Shown in pieces: positions 7,104-15,867 of a stretch of 64,000 bases of DNA. Below the pieces are notes generated by a model, which saw only the letters and a list, made by a program, of their open reading frames with translations, ran no database searches and was not told the origin of the DNA. This DNA is from Candidatus Microgenomates bacterium (GTDB lineage Bacteria > Patescibacteriota > Microgenomatia > UBA8517), in contig JBEKNE010000001.1 in the NCBI GenBank assembly GCA_049523135.1, positions 146,095 through 210,094 on the forward strand, in the 5' to 3' direction. Position 1 is the first letter of the stretch. The number at the start of each line of letters is the position of its first letter. Position numbers and translations under genes: made by a program.

Positions 7104-10003
7104 TGGATAAAACTTCAAATCTAAAACTTAATAAGGAACAAATTGATGCTATTAAATTTGGCAACGGGCCGCTTCTAATTATTGCCGGAGCCGGAACGGG
7201 GAAAACTACAGTTATAACTGAGCGCATTAAGTACTTAATTTTTTCCAAAAAAGCCAAGCCTTCTGAAATTCTTGCCTTGACATTTACAGATAAAGCCGCG
7301 CGTGAGATGGAAGAAAGAGTAGATATCGCCATGCCTTATGGCTACACGCAGATGTGGATTATGACTTTCCATTCTTTCTGCGACCGGATTTTACGGCGGG
7401 AAGCGCTTCATATCGGACTCGACCCAAAATATAAATTAATGACCGAGGCAGACGCAATTCAACTTCTTAGAAAAAATCTTTTCAAACTGGAGTTGAATTA
7501 TTTCCGTCCGCTTGGAAATCCCAATAAATTTTTAAGCGGAATGCTGCAGCACTTTTCAAGACTTCAAGATGAAGATGTCTCACCAAGCGATTATGTCGAG
7601 TGGGTTAAAAAACAAAAAGCGGTTGTTCCGGAAGAAAGAATCGAAATCGAAAAATGGCAAGAACTTTCAAAGGCTTATAAAGCTTATGACGAAATAAAAG
7701 TTAAAGAGAATGTTATGGATTTTGGTGACCTCATTATTAAAACTCTGAAGCTTTTCAGGGGCAGGCCCAATGTTTTAGCCGAATATCAAAAACAGTTTAA
7801 ATATCTCTTGGTAGACGAATTTCAGGATACAAACTATGCACAAAACGAATTAACTAAACTTCTTTCTGGTAAAGACGGCAACATAAATGTCGTAGGGGAT
7901 GATGACCAATCTGTTTACCGTTTCCGTGGTGCCGCTGTAAGTAATATTATTCAATTCAGAAAAAACTTTCCAAAGACGAAAGTTATAGTTCTTACTAAAA
8001 ATTACAGAAGCACCCAAGAAATTTTGGACAGAAGTCATGATTTGATCAAGCACAATAATCCGGACCGCTTGGAAGTTGTTGAAAAAATTGATAAGCGACT
8101 TAAGTCGCAAGTGGCGAAAGACGGAGAAGAAATCCACTTTATCCATTCAGACAGAGTTGAAAATGAAGCGGATTTGGTTGCACGGAAAATTTCAGAACTT
8201 CAAAAAGAAGAAAAATATAAATGGGGCGATTTTGCAATTTTAGTCAGAGCCAATGATCACTCGGAACCAATTATAAGAGCCTTGGGACGTCATGGAATTC
8301 CTTGTCAATTTTTAGGCCCCGGAAGACTTTTCAAACAGTCAGAAATAGTTGACCTTATTTCCTATCTTAAAGTTCTCTACAACTTTGAAGACTCGGTGGC
8401 TTTTTATAGAGTTCTTTCAAATGAATATTTTGATATAAATCCGCGGGATATTGCAGCGATGGGAAATTATGCGAGGAAATATAATCTTTCGCTTTTTGAA
8501 ACTGCAGAGAAAATAGACGATATTACAGTTGCCGATGATACAAAAGAAAAGATTAAGAAACTTTTGGAAATAATTAATAAGCATTTTGGTTTAATTAAAA
8601 AAGAAACAGCTGGACAAATACTTTATTACTACCTCGAAGATACGGGTCTTATGCAAAAACTTCTTTCTCCGGAAACGGTTGAAGCGGAAATGCGGGCAAA
8701 AAATATTTCTAAATTTTTCGATAAATTAAAAACTTATGAAGTCGATAATGAGGATGCAACGGTTCCTGCGGTCGTCGACTGGCTAGATCTTTCGATGGAA
8801 CTTGGTGAATCTCCATTGGCAACAAACGAAGATTGGACAGAGATTAACGCCGTCAATATTTTAACGGTTCATAGTGCCAAAGGATTGGAATTTCCGGTTG
8901 TATTTTTGATTAATTTGGTTGGACAGAGATTTCCAACAACCGAACGCCGTGAACAAATTCCGATTCCCGAAAGTTTAGTTAAAGAGGTTCTACCGGTTGG
9001 GGACTATCACTTGGAAGAAGAGCGCAGACTTTTTTATGTTGGAATGACTCGCGCAAAAGAAAAATTATTTTTAACCGCCGCTGATTATTATGGGGAGGGA
9101 AAGCGCGAGAAAAAACTTTCTCCGTTTGTTTTTGAGGCCTTGGGAGATAAAGTTCTATCGAACGAGAAAGCATCCATCAAAGTTGATCAGTTATCTTTTC
9201 TCGATTTCAAGCCGGCAAAAAAACAGGAATCAGGAATCAGGAATCAGGAATTACACATAGATTATCTTTCCTATTCCCAAATCGAAACTTTTCAAACCTG
9301 TCCTTTGCATTACAAACTTAAATATATTTATAAAGTTCCGACTCCACCCTCTGCGTCACAGAGTTTTGGAACCGCGATGCACGCAACCCTCAAAGAATTT
9401 TTTGAAAAGATTTCGACCGGGTTCAAGCCTTCCGATAAATTGCTTTATGATTTATTGGAAAAGAATTGGGTAAAAGAAGGCTATAAAAGCAAATTCCACG
9501 AAAGGAAATTCTTTGAAAAAGGAAAAATTTATCTTTCGGGATTTTTGAAGCAGGGATTTAATCCAAAGGTTTTGCCAATTGCTCTTGAGCAGCCGTTTAC
9601 CGTTCCTATTGGTCCGGACCTGAAAATCGGAGGAAGACTTGATAGGGTAGATAATTTAGTTGATGGTGAAATTGAGATTATTGATTATAAAACCGGGGCT
9701 ACAATTCCGAGTCAACGAGAAGTCGATAAAGATTTACAGCTTAGCTTCTACGCCTTGGCTGCCACTAAAATTCCGACAGAACCATTCGGAAGAACATCGG
9801 ATAAAATTAAATTATCTTTATATTATCTTGATGAACAGGAAAAAATTTCGACAACAAGAACTGCAAAACAATTGGAAGAAGCGGTGAAAGAAATTTTCAA
9901 AGTCAGGGACGAAATAGAAAAGAGCGACTTCAAATGTTCTGGCCACATGTTCTGCCAGACGGGCTGTGAGTTCTCACTTTTCTGCAAAGCCGAAGAACAA
10001 TGA
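7103..10003 (+). CDS. UvrD/PcrA-family helicase fused to a C-terminal PD-(D/E)xK nuclease domain with an Fe-S cysteine cluster (AddAB/AdnAB-type helicase-nuclease)
   Basis: Walker A GAGTGKTT with DEFQD and VVGDDDQSVYRFRGA helicase motifs. The C-terminus has TCPLHY, GRLDRVD..IIDYKTG (D/ExK) and CSGHMFCQTGCEFSLFC, a Cas4/AddB-like 4-Cys cluster. Confidence 0.8.
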   Translation: MDKTSNLKLNKEQIDAIKFGNGPLLIIAGAGTGKTTVITERIKYLIFSKKAKPSEILALTFTDKAAREMEERVDIAMPYGYTQMWIMTFHSFCDRILRREALHIGLDPKYKLMTEADAIQLLRKNLFKLELNYFRPLGNPNKFLSGMLQHFSRLQDEDVSPSDYVEWVKKQKAVVPEERIEIEKWQELSKAYKAYDEIKVKENVMDFGDLIIKTLKLFRGRPNVLAEYQKQFKYLLVDEFQDTNYAQNELTKLLSGKDGNINVVGDDDQSVYRFRGAAVSNIIQFRKNFPKTKVIVLTKNYRSTQEILDRSHDLIKHNNPDRLEVVEKIDKRLKSQVAKDGEEIHFIHSDRVENEADLVARKISELQKEEKYKWGDFAILVRANDHSEPIIRALGRHGIPCQFLGPGRLFKQSEIVDLISYLKVLYNFEDSVAFYRVLSNEYFDINPRDIAAMGNYARKYNLSLFETAEKIDDITVADDTKEKIKKLLEIINKHFGLIKKETAGQILYYYLEDTGLMQKLLSPETVEAEMRAKNISKFFDKLKTYEVDNEDATVPAVVDWLDLSMELGESPLATNEDWTEINAVNILTVHSAKGLEFPVVFLINLVGQRFPTTERREQIPIPESLVKEVLPVGDYHLEEERRLFYVGMTRAKEKLFLTAADYYGEGKREKKLSPFVFEALGDKVLSNEKASIKVDQLSFLDFKPAKKQESGIRNQELHIDYLSYSQIETFQTCPLHYKLKYIYKVPTPPSASQSFGTAMHATLKEFFEKISTGFKPSDKLLYDLLEKNWVKEGYKSKFHERKFFEKGKIYLSGFLKQGFNPKVLPIALEQPFTVPIGPDLKIGGRLDRVDNLVDGEIEIIDYKTGATIPSQREVDKDLQLSFYALAATKIPTEPFGRTSDKIKLSLYYLDEQEKISTTRTAKQLEEAVKEIFKVRDEIEKSDFKCSGHMFCQTGCEFSLFCKAEEQ

Positions 10004-10819
10004 TTTGGTGTAGCATCCCGGATATTCAACTTCATAGCCTCCAAAAGAGCGCTTGAAATGGGAAAAACCAAGCCAGCTTTTAGTGGGGAAGCGGGGATCA
10101 AAGATTCCTTCAAAATCAAAAACCTTACAACCACTCTTTTTAGCCCATAGTATTCCCTGATAGAGGAGAGAGTACTGGGATAGGGAAGTGCGGCCTTCTG
10201 AATTTGTAAATCCGTACCAGTAGTATCCGAAGTCGTGTAAAGATCGCGTGAAAAGCGCTCCCCCTATAATTCTGCCAGATATATTGTGCGACGCAAGGAA
10301 AAGGGAATAATCAGATGGAAAACTTTTGCGTAAATTCAAAAGTTGTTCAACCTTTGGCACGTACCGGTCAAATTTAACGGAATTTTTCCACGCAATGCGC
10401 CACACTTTTATTTCAACAGGGGTTGAATAGGATTTTATGTTTAGTACTCCTCCCCTCTTAATTGAATATCGGGCATCTTTCTTTATATGGTTAAAGATAT
10501 TCTTTTGACTTTGGGTAAGATCTATTTGAAGAGTTTTTGAGGGCAAATATGGATATTTTGACAATTTGAAGCCGACGGAAGTTAGGTATTTGGCGTCAAG
10601 ATCTGTTTTTGGTTCAATAATTATTTGAAAAACACGGTATTTTCGGCATAATTTCTTGACCGTGTCATATCTGATTTCTTCCGGTCTTTGGAGTTTTAGA
10701 ATTGATCCTACTATTGGAATTTTCTTAATGAAGTAATTGATTTCTGCAATACGCTCGATTGTCCAGCCCTCGCTTTTCAGATAGTTTGCATAATTCTGAG
10801 ACTGACGAATATCAACCAT
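9974..10819 (-). CDS. FemAB-family peptidoglycan bridge aminoacyltransferase-like protein (paralog 2)
   Basis: Shows FemAB/GNAT-like architecture similar to the adjacent gene. Length is 281 aa. Confidence 0.45.
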   Translation of the reverse strand: MVDIRQSQNYANYLKSEGWTIERIAEINYFIKKIPIVGSILKLQRPEEIRYDTVKKLCRKYRVFQIIIEPKTDLDAKYLTSVGFKLSKYPYLPSKTLQIDLTQSQKNIFNHIKKDARYSIKRGGVLNIKSYSTPVEIKVWRIAWKNSVKFDRYVPKVEQLLNLRKSFPSDYSLFLASHNISGRIIGGALFTRSLHDFGYYWYGFTNSEGRTSLSQYSLLYQGILWAKKSGCKVFDFEGIFDPRFPTKSWLGFSHFKRSFGGYEVEYPGCYTKSLFFGFAEK

Positions 10820-10820
10820 T

Positions 10821-11765
10821 TTAAAATCTAGTCTTTGAAAATCCTAATTTTGCGGCAAATTTAAGAACTCTCCAACGAATTTCTTCGGCCAGTCTGTAAA
10901 TATTGTAAACGGACTTATTAATTGTCAAGTCCCATGTTCCTAAAAATTCAATAACACGCGGATTGTAGCCTTCTTTGAATTTTGTAAATCCTTTACCTTC
11001 TTCCCTTCCCCAGAGGTCGAATGTAGTTAGCCCCAGTTTTTTACCGAATTTTATAGCCTCCCACATCATCAGATTATTAGCCATGACTTCTTTGTGCTCT
11101 TCGGTCGAAGCTCCGTACGGATAGTAAAGAAAATCCTTCCAGGCAAAAAGTATCCAAGTTGTGATTATCTCACCTTGATAAGTCGCAGTTAAAAGATGGG
11201 CGACTCTTGCATTTTTTAGAGTCTCCCACATTAATCTATGGTATTTTTCCGTATGGGCAAAAAATCCCTGCCGGTTGATTGTTTCGCGTGTCAGGTCCAA
11301 ATATTTATTAAAAGCTTTGTCGGAATTATCTTCCTTAACTGTAACTCCTTTTCTTTTAGCTAAACGTATATTGTAGCGGGTTTTACTGCTGAAACTTTTG
11401 ATTAAGTTTTCTTCACTCGGAGTCAGATCAATCCAGAAAGTTGTTGGGGTAAAAAGCCTCCGGCCGGGAGCTGCTCCGCCTTTTTGCATAAGTTCGGTTA
11501 ATTTGGCGGATTTTTCGCAGTTTGGCTCGAGTTTTATAAATACCAAATTATTTTCTTTTCCGATTTTTTTAAGGTCGGAAAGCATTTCTTCTGTGGGGGT
11601 TGGTCCTTTTTCAAACATTGCAATTTTATAGTTAATCAAGGGAAGCTTATGTACTGTCAAAATTCCGTATTTGGTTTCGAGAATTTCATTTCCCCACTTT
11701 TTTCTAAATTCTTCCCAAGCGGAAGTTTGAAGGGGGTGTGTGGCAATTTTGTCTAAATTAGTCAT
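10821..11765 (-). CDS. FemAB-family (FemX-like) aminoacyltransferase (paralog 1)
   Basis: The N-terminal HPLQTSAWEEFRKKWG, the YYPYGAST motif and the overall ~315 aa FemX-like layout support the call. Confidence 0.5.
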   Translation of the reverse strand: MTNLDKIATHPLQTSAWEEFRKKWGNEILETKYGILTVHKLPLINYKIAMFEKGPTPTEEMLSDLKKIGKENNLVFIKLEPNCEKSAKLTELMQKGGAAPGRRLFTPTTFWIDLTPSEENLIKSFSSKTRYNIRLAKRKGVTVKEDNSDKAFNKYLDLTRETINRQGFFAHTEKYHRLMWETLKNARVAHLLTATYQGEIITTWILFAWKDFLYYPYGASTEEHKEVMANNLMMWEAIKFGKKLGLTTFDLWGREEGKGFTKFKEGYNPRVIEFLGTWDLTINKSVYNIYRLAEEIRWRVLKFAAKLGFSKTRF

Positions 11766-14736
11766 TGTTTAAATATTTTTCAATTATGTCATCAAAAGTT
11801 CCTTTAACATCGTCTGCTGAGTCCAATTTTAAATCATCTGTTGTTGAAAAACTATTTTCTCCGATATTTTCAAGTAAATTTTCGGGGATATCCATAATAA
11901 ACCTACTTGGAGGATTGCTTATTCTTTCCCCAAAATAAAGACGGGACGAAGCGTAGGTTAGATAAAGAATTTCTTTGGCTCGAGTGATGCCGACATAGGC
12001 AAGACGGCGCTCTTCTTCTAACTGGTTTGTATCCATTAAACTCCGTGAGTGGGGAAAAAGACCTTCTTCCATCCCGACTATAAAAACAACCGGAAATTCA
12101 AGACCTTTGGCGGCGTGAAGTGTCATAAGTGTAACGGCATTTTTAGACTCATTTCTGGGACCGGCTTCAACAAGTGCCACATTTTCCAAAAAGTCGTTTA
12201 TGTTGGGAAATTCCGTGGCAACAGATCTAAGTTCTTTTAAGTTTTCAAGACGTGCGATATTTTCTTCGGATTCTTTTTGAAAGAGGCTCAAATAATCAGT
12301 TTTTTGAATTACTGCATCCAAAATGTCAAGCGTGGTCAGCCCATCAAGATTCTCCAGACTTTTTCTGAATTCGTCCAGTTTCTCAAATCTTCTAAGACCT
12401 ATTTTTTCAATTCGCCTTTTGGAGACGGAATCCTTAGGATTTACAAGATATTTAATATAGCCAACAACGTCCTTGATTTCTTTTCTGTCATAAAATCTGA
12501 CACCTCCGACAAGGGTATAGGGAATACCTGCATGCAGGAAAGCTTCCTCCAAAACCCGGGATTGAGCATTGGTACGGTATAAGACAGCAATATCCCGGTA
12601 GCCTAATTTTCCATTTGAATATTTGATAACAGACTTAGTTTCATTGACAACGAAATCTGCTTCATCAAAGCCGTTTCGTGCCGGATAGAGTTTTATTTTT
12701 GCTCCGGCGCTTTTTTTGGTCCAAAGTTTTAAAATAGGATGGCTTGTATTTTTGGAAATAACCAAGTTTGCCGCATCAAGAATGTTTTGGGTTGAACGGT
12801 AGTTTTGTTCGAGATTAATTATTTTAATATCGGGGTAATCCCGCATTAGATAGTTTATATTCCGGAAATCCGCCCCGCGCCAACTGTAGATTGAGTTGTG
12901 TACAACAATACCGCTTGCAATATAATTATGAACTTTGTCAATATCAAGGTCGTAAACCATTCCGTCAAAATTTTCTAATTCTGTATTGGCAATTTCCTCC
13001 TCAATTATTTCGCCATTCCTATAAAGACCGACTGTCATACCTTTTTGGATGTGGCTTGCCGGCTGGAAATAAAGTTTCTCTTTACCTTTTAACAAAAAAG
13101 CTTCATATGAAATATCAATTCCGCTGGCTTCTTTGCTAAGTTTAATTGCAATATCTTCTGCCTCTTCATAGGACATCCGCGCAATTTCAGTTCTCCAGGT
13201 ATTTTTCCTGCCTTCCCGTGTGTAAAATCCGGAGTTTTTTACCCTTTTTTCCATCTCACGATCAGTTGTATTTAGAGCAATCCGATGCATTCCCCAAGGA
13301 TTCGTTTTATATCGCCTTGGGTCTTCGAAAAACTTTAAATGAATTACCTGCCTGTCGGCATTTTTGTACCCGGATGTTCCTTTCGGCCGGTGATGTGGAA
13401 ATCTTGGGTCAATATCCAGTTCATCCATAAGTATTTTTACTCGTTCTAAAGTATCTATTTCCAAATATAACTTATTAATTTGTTTTTGAGATATTTCCAT
13501 TGATCTGCCGCCGGTTTCAAAAACAACTGTCGGAATGCCATATTTAAATGCAAAATAAAATTCCCAATAATTAGCCTCTGCTTTTGTACTGCATGTTTTA
13601 AGAATCCACATTTTGTCGGCAGATTCCCGATTCCCCCTCGTGACGATTCCGACAAGTGGTTTATATCCACTCATGGGGTTGCCAGTTCTCAACCCTTTTG
13701 CTTGTCCGATTCTGAAACCTTTGTCCCGACGGTACATTAAATAAATGTGGTGCAGATTTTCTTTTGGCTTAAGTTTTGCAAACAAAATATGGTTTGGGGT
13801 TAGCCTTAATATTTTTCCCGAAACAGTTTTTAAAACAATTAGTTTTCCTTGATATTTTCTTCTGTAAATTTTTTTAACCAGGAAGTTCTCCGACAGCCCC
13901 CTTCCCGTAGCTGACATTACCAAATCTCCTTTTTTGATATCTTTTATTTTTTTATTTCCGTTTGATGTGGAGATTGGAGTTTCAGGAGTTAAACATTGAC
14001 TGGCGTCGCCAACTACGGTTATGTTTTTATTTTTTCCAACCAGAAGCTTTGTCAGAACGTACTGAATTTTATTTGTATCTTGCCATTCATCCACAAAAAT
14101 GTGAGTTAAAGTTTTTTGCCATTTTGCGAGGACTTCAGGGGTCTCCTTAAAAAGAACAACAGTTTTAATTAAGAGGTCATCAAAGTCTAATGCCCCGATT
14201 TCTTTTAACATTTTTTCATATTCAGAATAAACACCCGCAATAACTTCCTGCCATTCTCCCTGAATAAGATTTTTATATTCGGCTGGCGTAATCATTTGAT
14301 TTTTTGCTTCACTGATGCCATTTAAGATTGAACTTGGATTAAATTGGTCTGTCGAAATATCCAGTTTTTCCAGAATTTGTTTGACCGCATCTTTCTGGTC
14401 CTGTTCATCGTAAATAATGAAATTTTGGGGAATTCCGATATACTTTCCATCAATCCTAAGAACCTTGGCGCAAAAAGAATGAAAAGTTCCGGTCATCGGA
14501 GCGTTCCCGTTTGTTAAATCAAAAATTCTTTGCTTCATTTCATTTGCGGCTTTGTTGGTGAAAGTTAAAAGAAGAGCGTTCTCAGGTTTTATTAAGTTTT
14601 GAGCAATAAAGTAGGCTACACGGTGGGTCAAAACTTTGGTCTTTCCGCTACCGGCTCCTGCTAAGACCAAAAGCGGACCCCCCGTATATGTTACGGCGGC
14701 CTTTTGTTCGGGGTTAAGATCGGATAAAATAGACAT
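11758..14736 (-). CDS. ATP-dependent DNA helicase PcrA/UvrD, interrupted in-frame by an intein
   Basis: Walker A AGAGSGKT is present. The conserved motif III VVGD-QSIYxWRGA is split as VVGDASQ | C...HN | SIYSWRGAD. The extein is ~625 aa. Confidence 0.85.
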   Translation of the reverse strand: MSILSDLNPEQKAAVTYTGGPLLVLAGAGSGKTKVLTHRVAYFIAQNLIKPENALLLTFTNKAANEMKQRIFDLTNGNAPMTGTFHSFCAKVLRIDGKYIGIPQNFIIYDEQDQKDAVKQILEKLDISTDQFNPSSILNGISEAKNQMITPAEYKNLIQGEWQEVIAGVYSEYEKMLKEIGALDFDDLLIKTVVLFKETPEVLAKWQKTLTHIFVDEWQDTNKIQYVLTKLLVGKNKNITVVGDASQCLTPETPISTSNGNKKIKDIKKGDLVMSATGRGLSENFLVKKIYRRKYQGKLIVLKTVSGKILRLTPNHILFAKLKPKENLHHIYLMYRRDKGFRIGQAKGLRTGNPMSGYKPLVGIVTRGNRESADKMWILKTCSTKAEANYWEFYFAFKYGIPTVVFETGGRSMEISQKQINKLYLEIDTLERVKILMDELDIDPRFPHHRPKGTSGYKNADRQVIHLKFFEDPRRYKTNPWGMHRIALNTTDREMEKRVKNSGFYTREGRKNTWRTEIARMSYEEAEDIAIKLSKEASGIDISYEAFLLKGKEKLYFQPASHIQKGMTVGLYRNGEIIEEEIANTELENFDGMVYDLDIDKVHNYIASGIVVHNSIYSWRGADFRNINYLMRDYPDIKIINLEQNYRSTQNILDAANLVISKNTSHPILKLWTKKSAGAKIKLYPARNGFDEADFVVNETKSVIKYSNGKLGYRDIAVLYRTNAQSRVLEEAFLHAGIPYTLVGGVRFYDRKEIKDVVGYIKYLVNPKDSVSKRRIEKIGLRRFEKLDEFRKSLENLDGLTTLDILDAVIQKTDYLSLFQKESEENIARLENLKELRSVATEFPNINDFLENVALVEAGPRNESKNAVTLMTLHAAKGLEFPVVFIVGMEEGLFPHSRSLMDTNQLEEERRLAYVGITRAKEILYLTYASSRLYFGERISNPPSRFIMDIPENLLENIGENSFSTTDDLKLDSADDVKGTFDDIIEKYLNND
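12895..13995 (-). mobile_element. Intein (367 aa) inserted in helicase motif III of the UvrD/PcrA gene
   Basis: The intein begins with Cys (CLTPETPISTSNG, block A-like) and ends ..IVVHN (block G His-Asn), followed by the +1 Ser of SIYSWRGA. I read the boundaries directly from the codons (Cys codon 13993-13995; Asn codon 12895-12897). The middle region, including an LVGIVTRGNRESADKMW stretch, may be a degenerate endonuclease domain. Confidence 0.7.
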
Positions 14737-14739
14737 ATA

Positions 14740-15867
14740 GTGAAAAATTCCAAATCACAAGTTCCAAGTTCCAAATCGGGGTCAGAAGATTCAGAGCCTG
14801 TAAAACAGGAACAGGATAATTCTAACATCCTGAAGGAGAAGCCCCAACACCAAAAACTTTTAATTAGATTCGGGATAGCTTTGATAATTATTTTAATCTT
14901 GCTGTCGCCTATTTTGGTTATAGATCAAATATTTAGAAAAGCCGGGATCGGCGATTACCCTGAAATGATTAAGGGTTTTATTTCCTCAAATCTTAACGCG
15001 GTTAAATCTCAGAACGGAAGAGTTAACATTTTGATACTTGGAATTGGTGGAAAAGGACACGACGGACCGGATCTGACTGACACCATGATTCTTGCTTCAG
15101 TTTCTTTGACCAATCACTCGGTAACGCTGATTTCTATTCCACGCGATATTTGGATTCCTGAAATTAGAGCCAAAATAAACAGTGCCTACTACTGGGGCGA
15201 AACTCAGCCGGAACGCGGCGGAGGACTAACTTTTAGTAAACAGGTAGTTTCGGAAGTTACGGGTCAGCCTGTTAATTATGCTTTGGTAATAGATTTCTCG
15301 GGATTCCAAGACATTGTCAATACAATCGGAGGAATTGATGTAATGGTTGACAGAAGCTTCACGGATACGAAATATCCGATTGCGGGAAAGGAAAATGACA
15401 CTTGCGGAGGTGACCCTACACTTGCTTGCAGGTATGAGACAATTCATTTTGATCAAGGGCTTACTCATATGGATGGGGCTACAGCTCTTGAATTTGTCAG
15501 ATCCCGCGAAGGAGATAACGGGGAAAATACAGATTTTGCAAGATCCGCTAGACAGCAAAAAGTTATTTCGGTGGTCGGCAAGAAAGTTTTATCCGTAAGG
15601 GTAATTCTAAATCCCATCAAGGATTATAAAATATTAAAAGCAGTTGAGACTTCTGTCGAAACAGATTTGGATCCGACCGCAGCCGGCACTCTTGCTAAAG
15701 TTATCATCGCATCAAGAAACAACTTAAACTCTTATGTTTTATCTACGGATTTGATAGTCAGTCCACCAATTTCTCCCGCTTATGACAATCAGTATGTTTT
15801 AATTCCCAAAGCGGGTAACGGAAAATGGAAAGATATTCAGGCTTGGGTCGGATCAGTGCTTAATTAG
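14740..15867 (+). CDS. LytR-CpsA-Psr (LCP) family cell-envelope glycopolymer transferase
   Basis: N-terminal TM followed by RVNILILGIGG...DTMILASV...LISIPRDIWIP, the typical LCP core. Confidence 0.8.
   Translation: MKNSKSQVPSSKSGSEDSEPVKQEQDNSNILKEKPQHQKLLIRFGIALIIILILLSPILVIDQIFRKAGIGDYPEMIKGFISSNLNAVKSQNGRVNILILGIGGKGHDGPDLTDTMILASVSLTNHSVTLISIPRDIWIPEIRAKINSAYYWGETQPERGGGLTFSKQVVSEVTGQPVNYALVIDFSGFQDIVNTIGGIDVMVDRSFTDTKYPIAGKENDTCGGDPTLACRYETIHFDQGLTHMDGATALEFVRSREGDNGENTDFARSARQQKVISVVGKKVLSVRVILNPIKDYKILKAVETSVETDLDPTAAGTLAKVIIASRNNLNSYVLSTDLIVSPPISPAYDNQYVLIPKAGNGKWKDIQAWVGSVLN

Noticed and set aside
12895-13995. Alternative explanation of the helicase insertion as a lineage-specific accessory domain rather than an intein
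   Set aside because: The insertion sits exactly inside the invariant GDxxQSIY motif. It begins with Cys and ends with His-Asn followed by Ser, and it is a multiple of 3. An accessory domain would not be expected to split a catalytic motif with canonical splice-junction residues.
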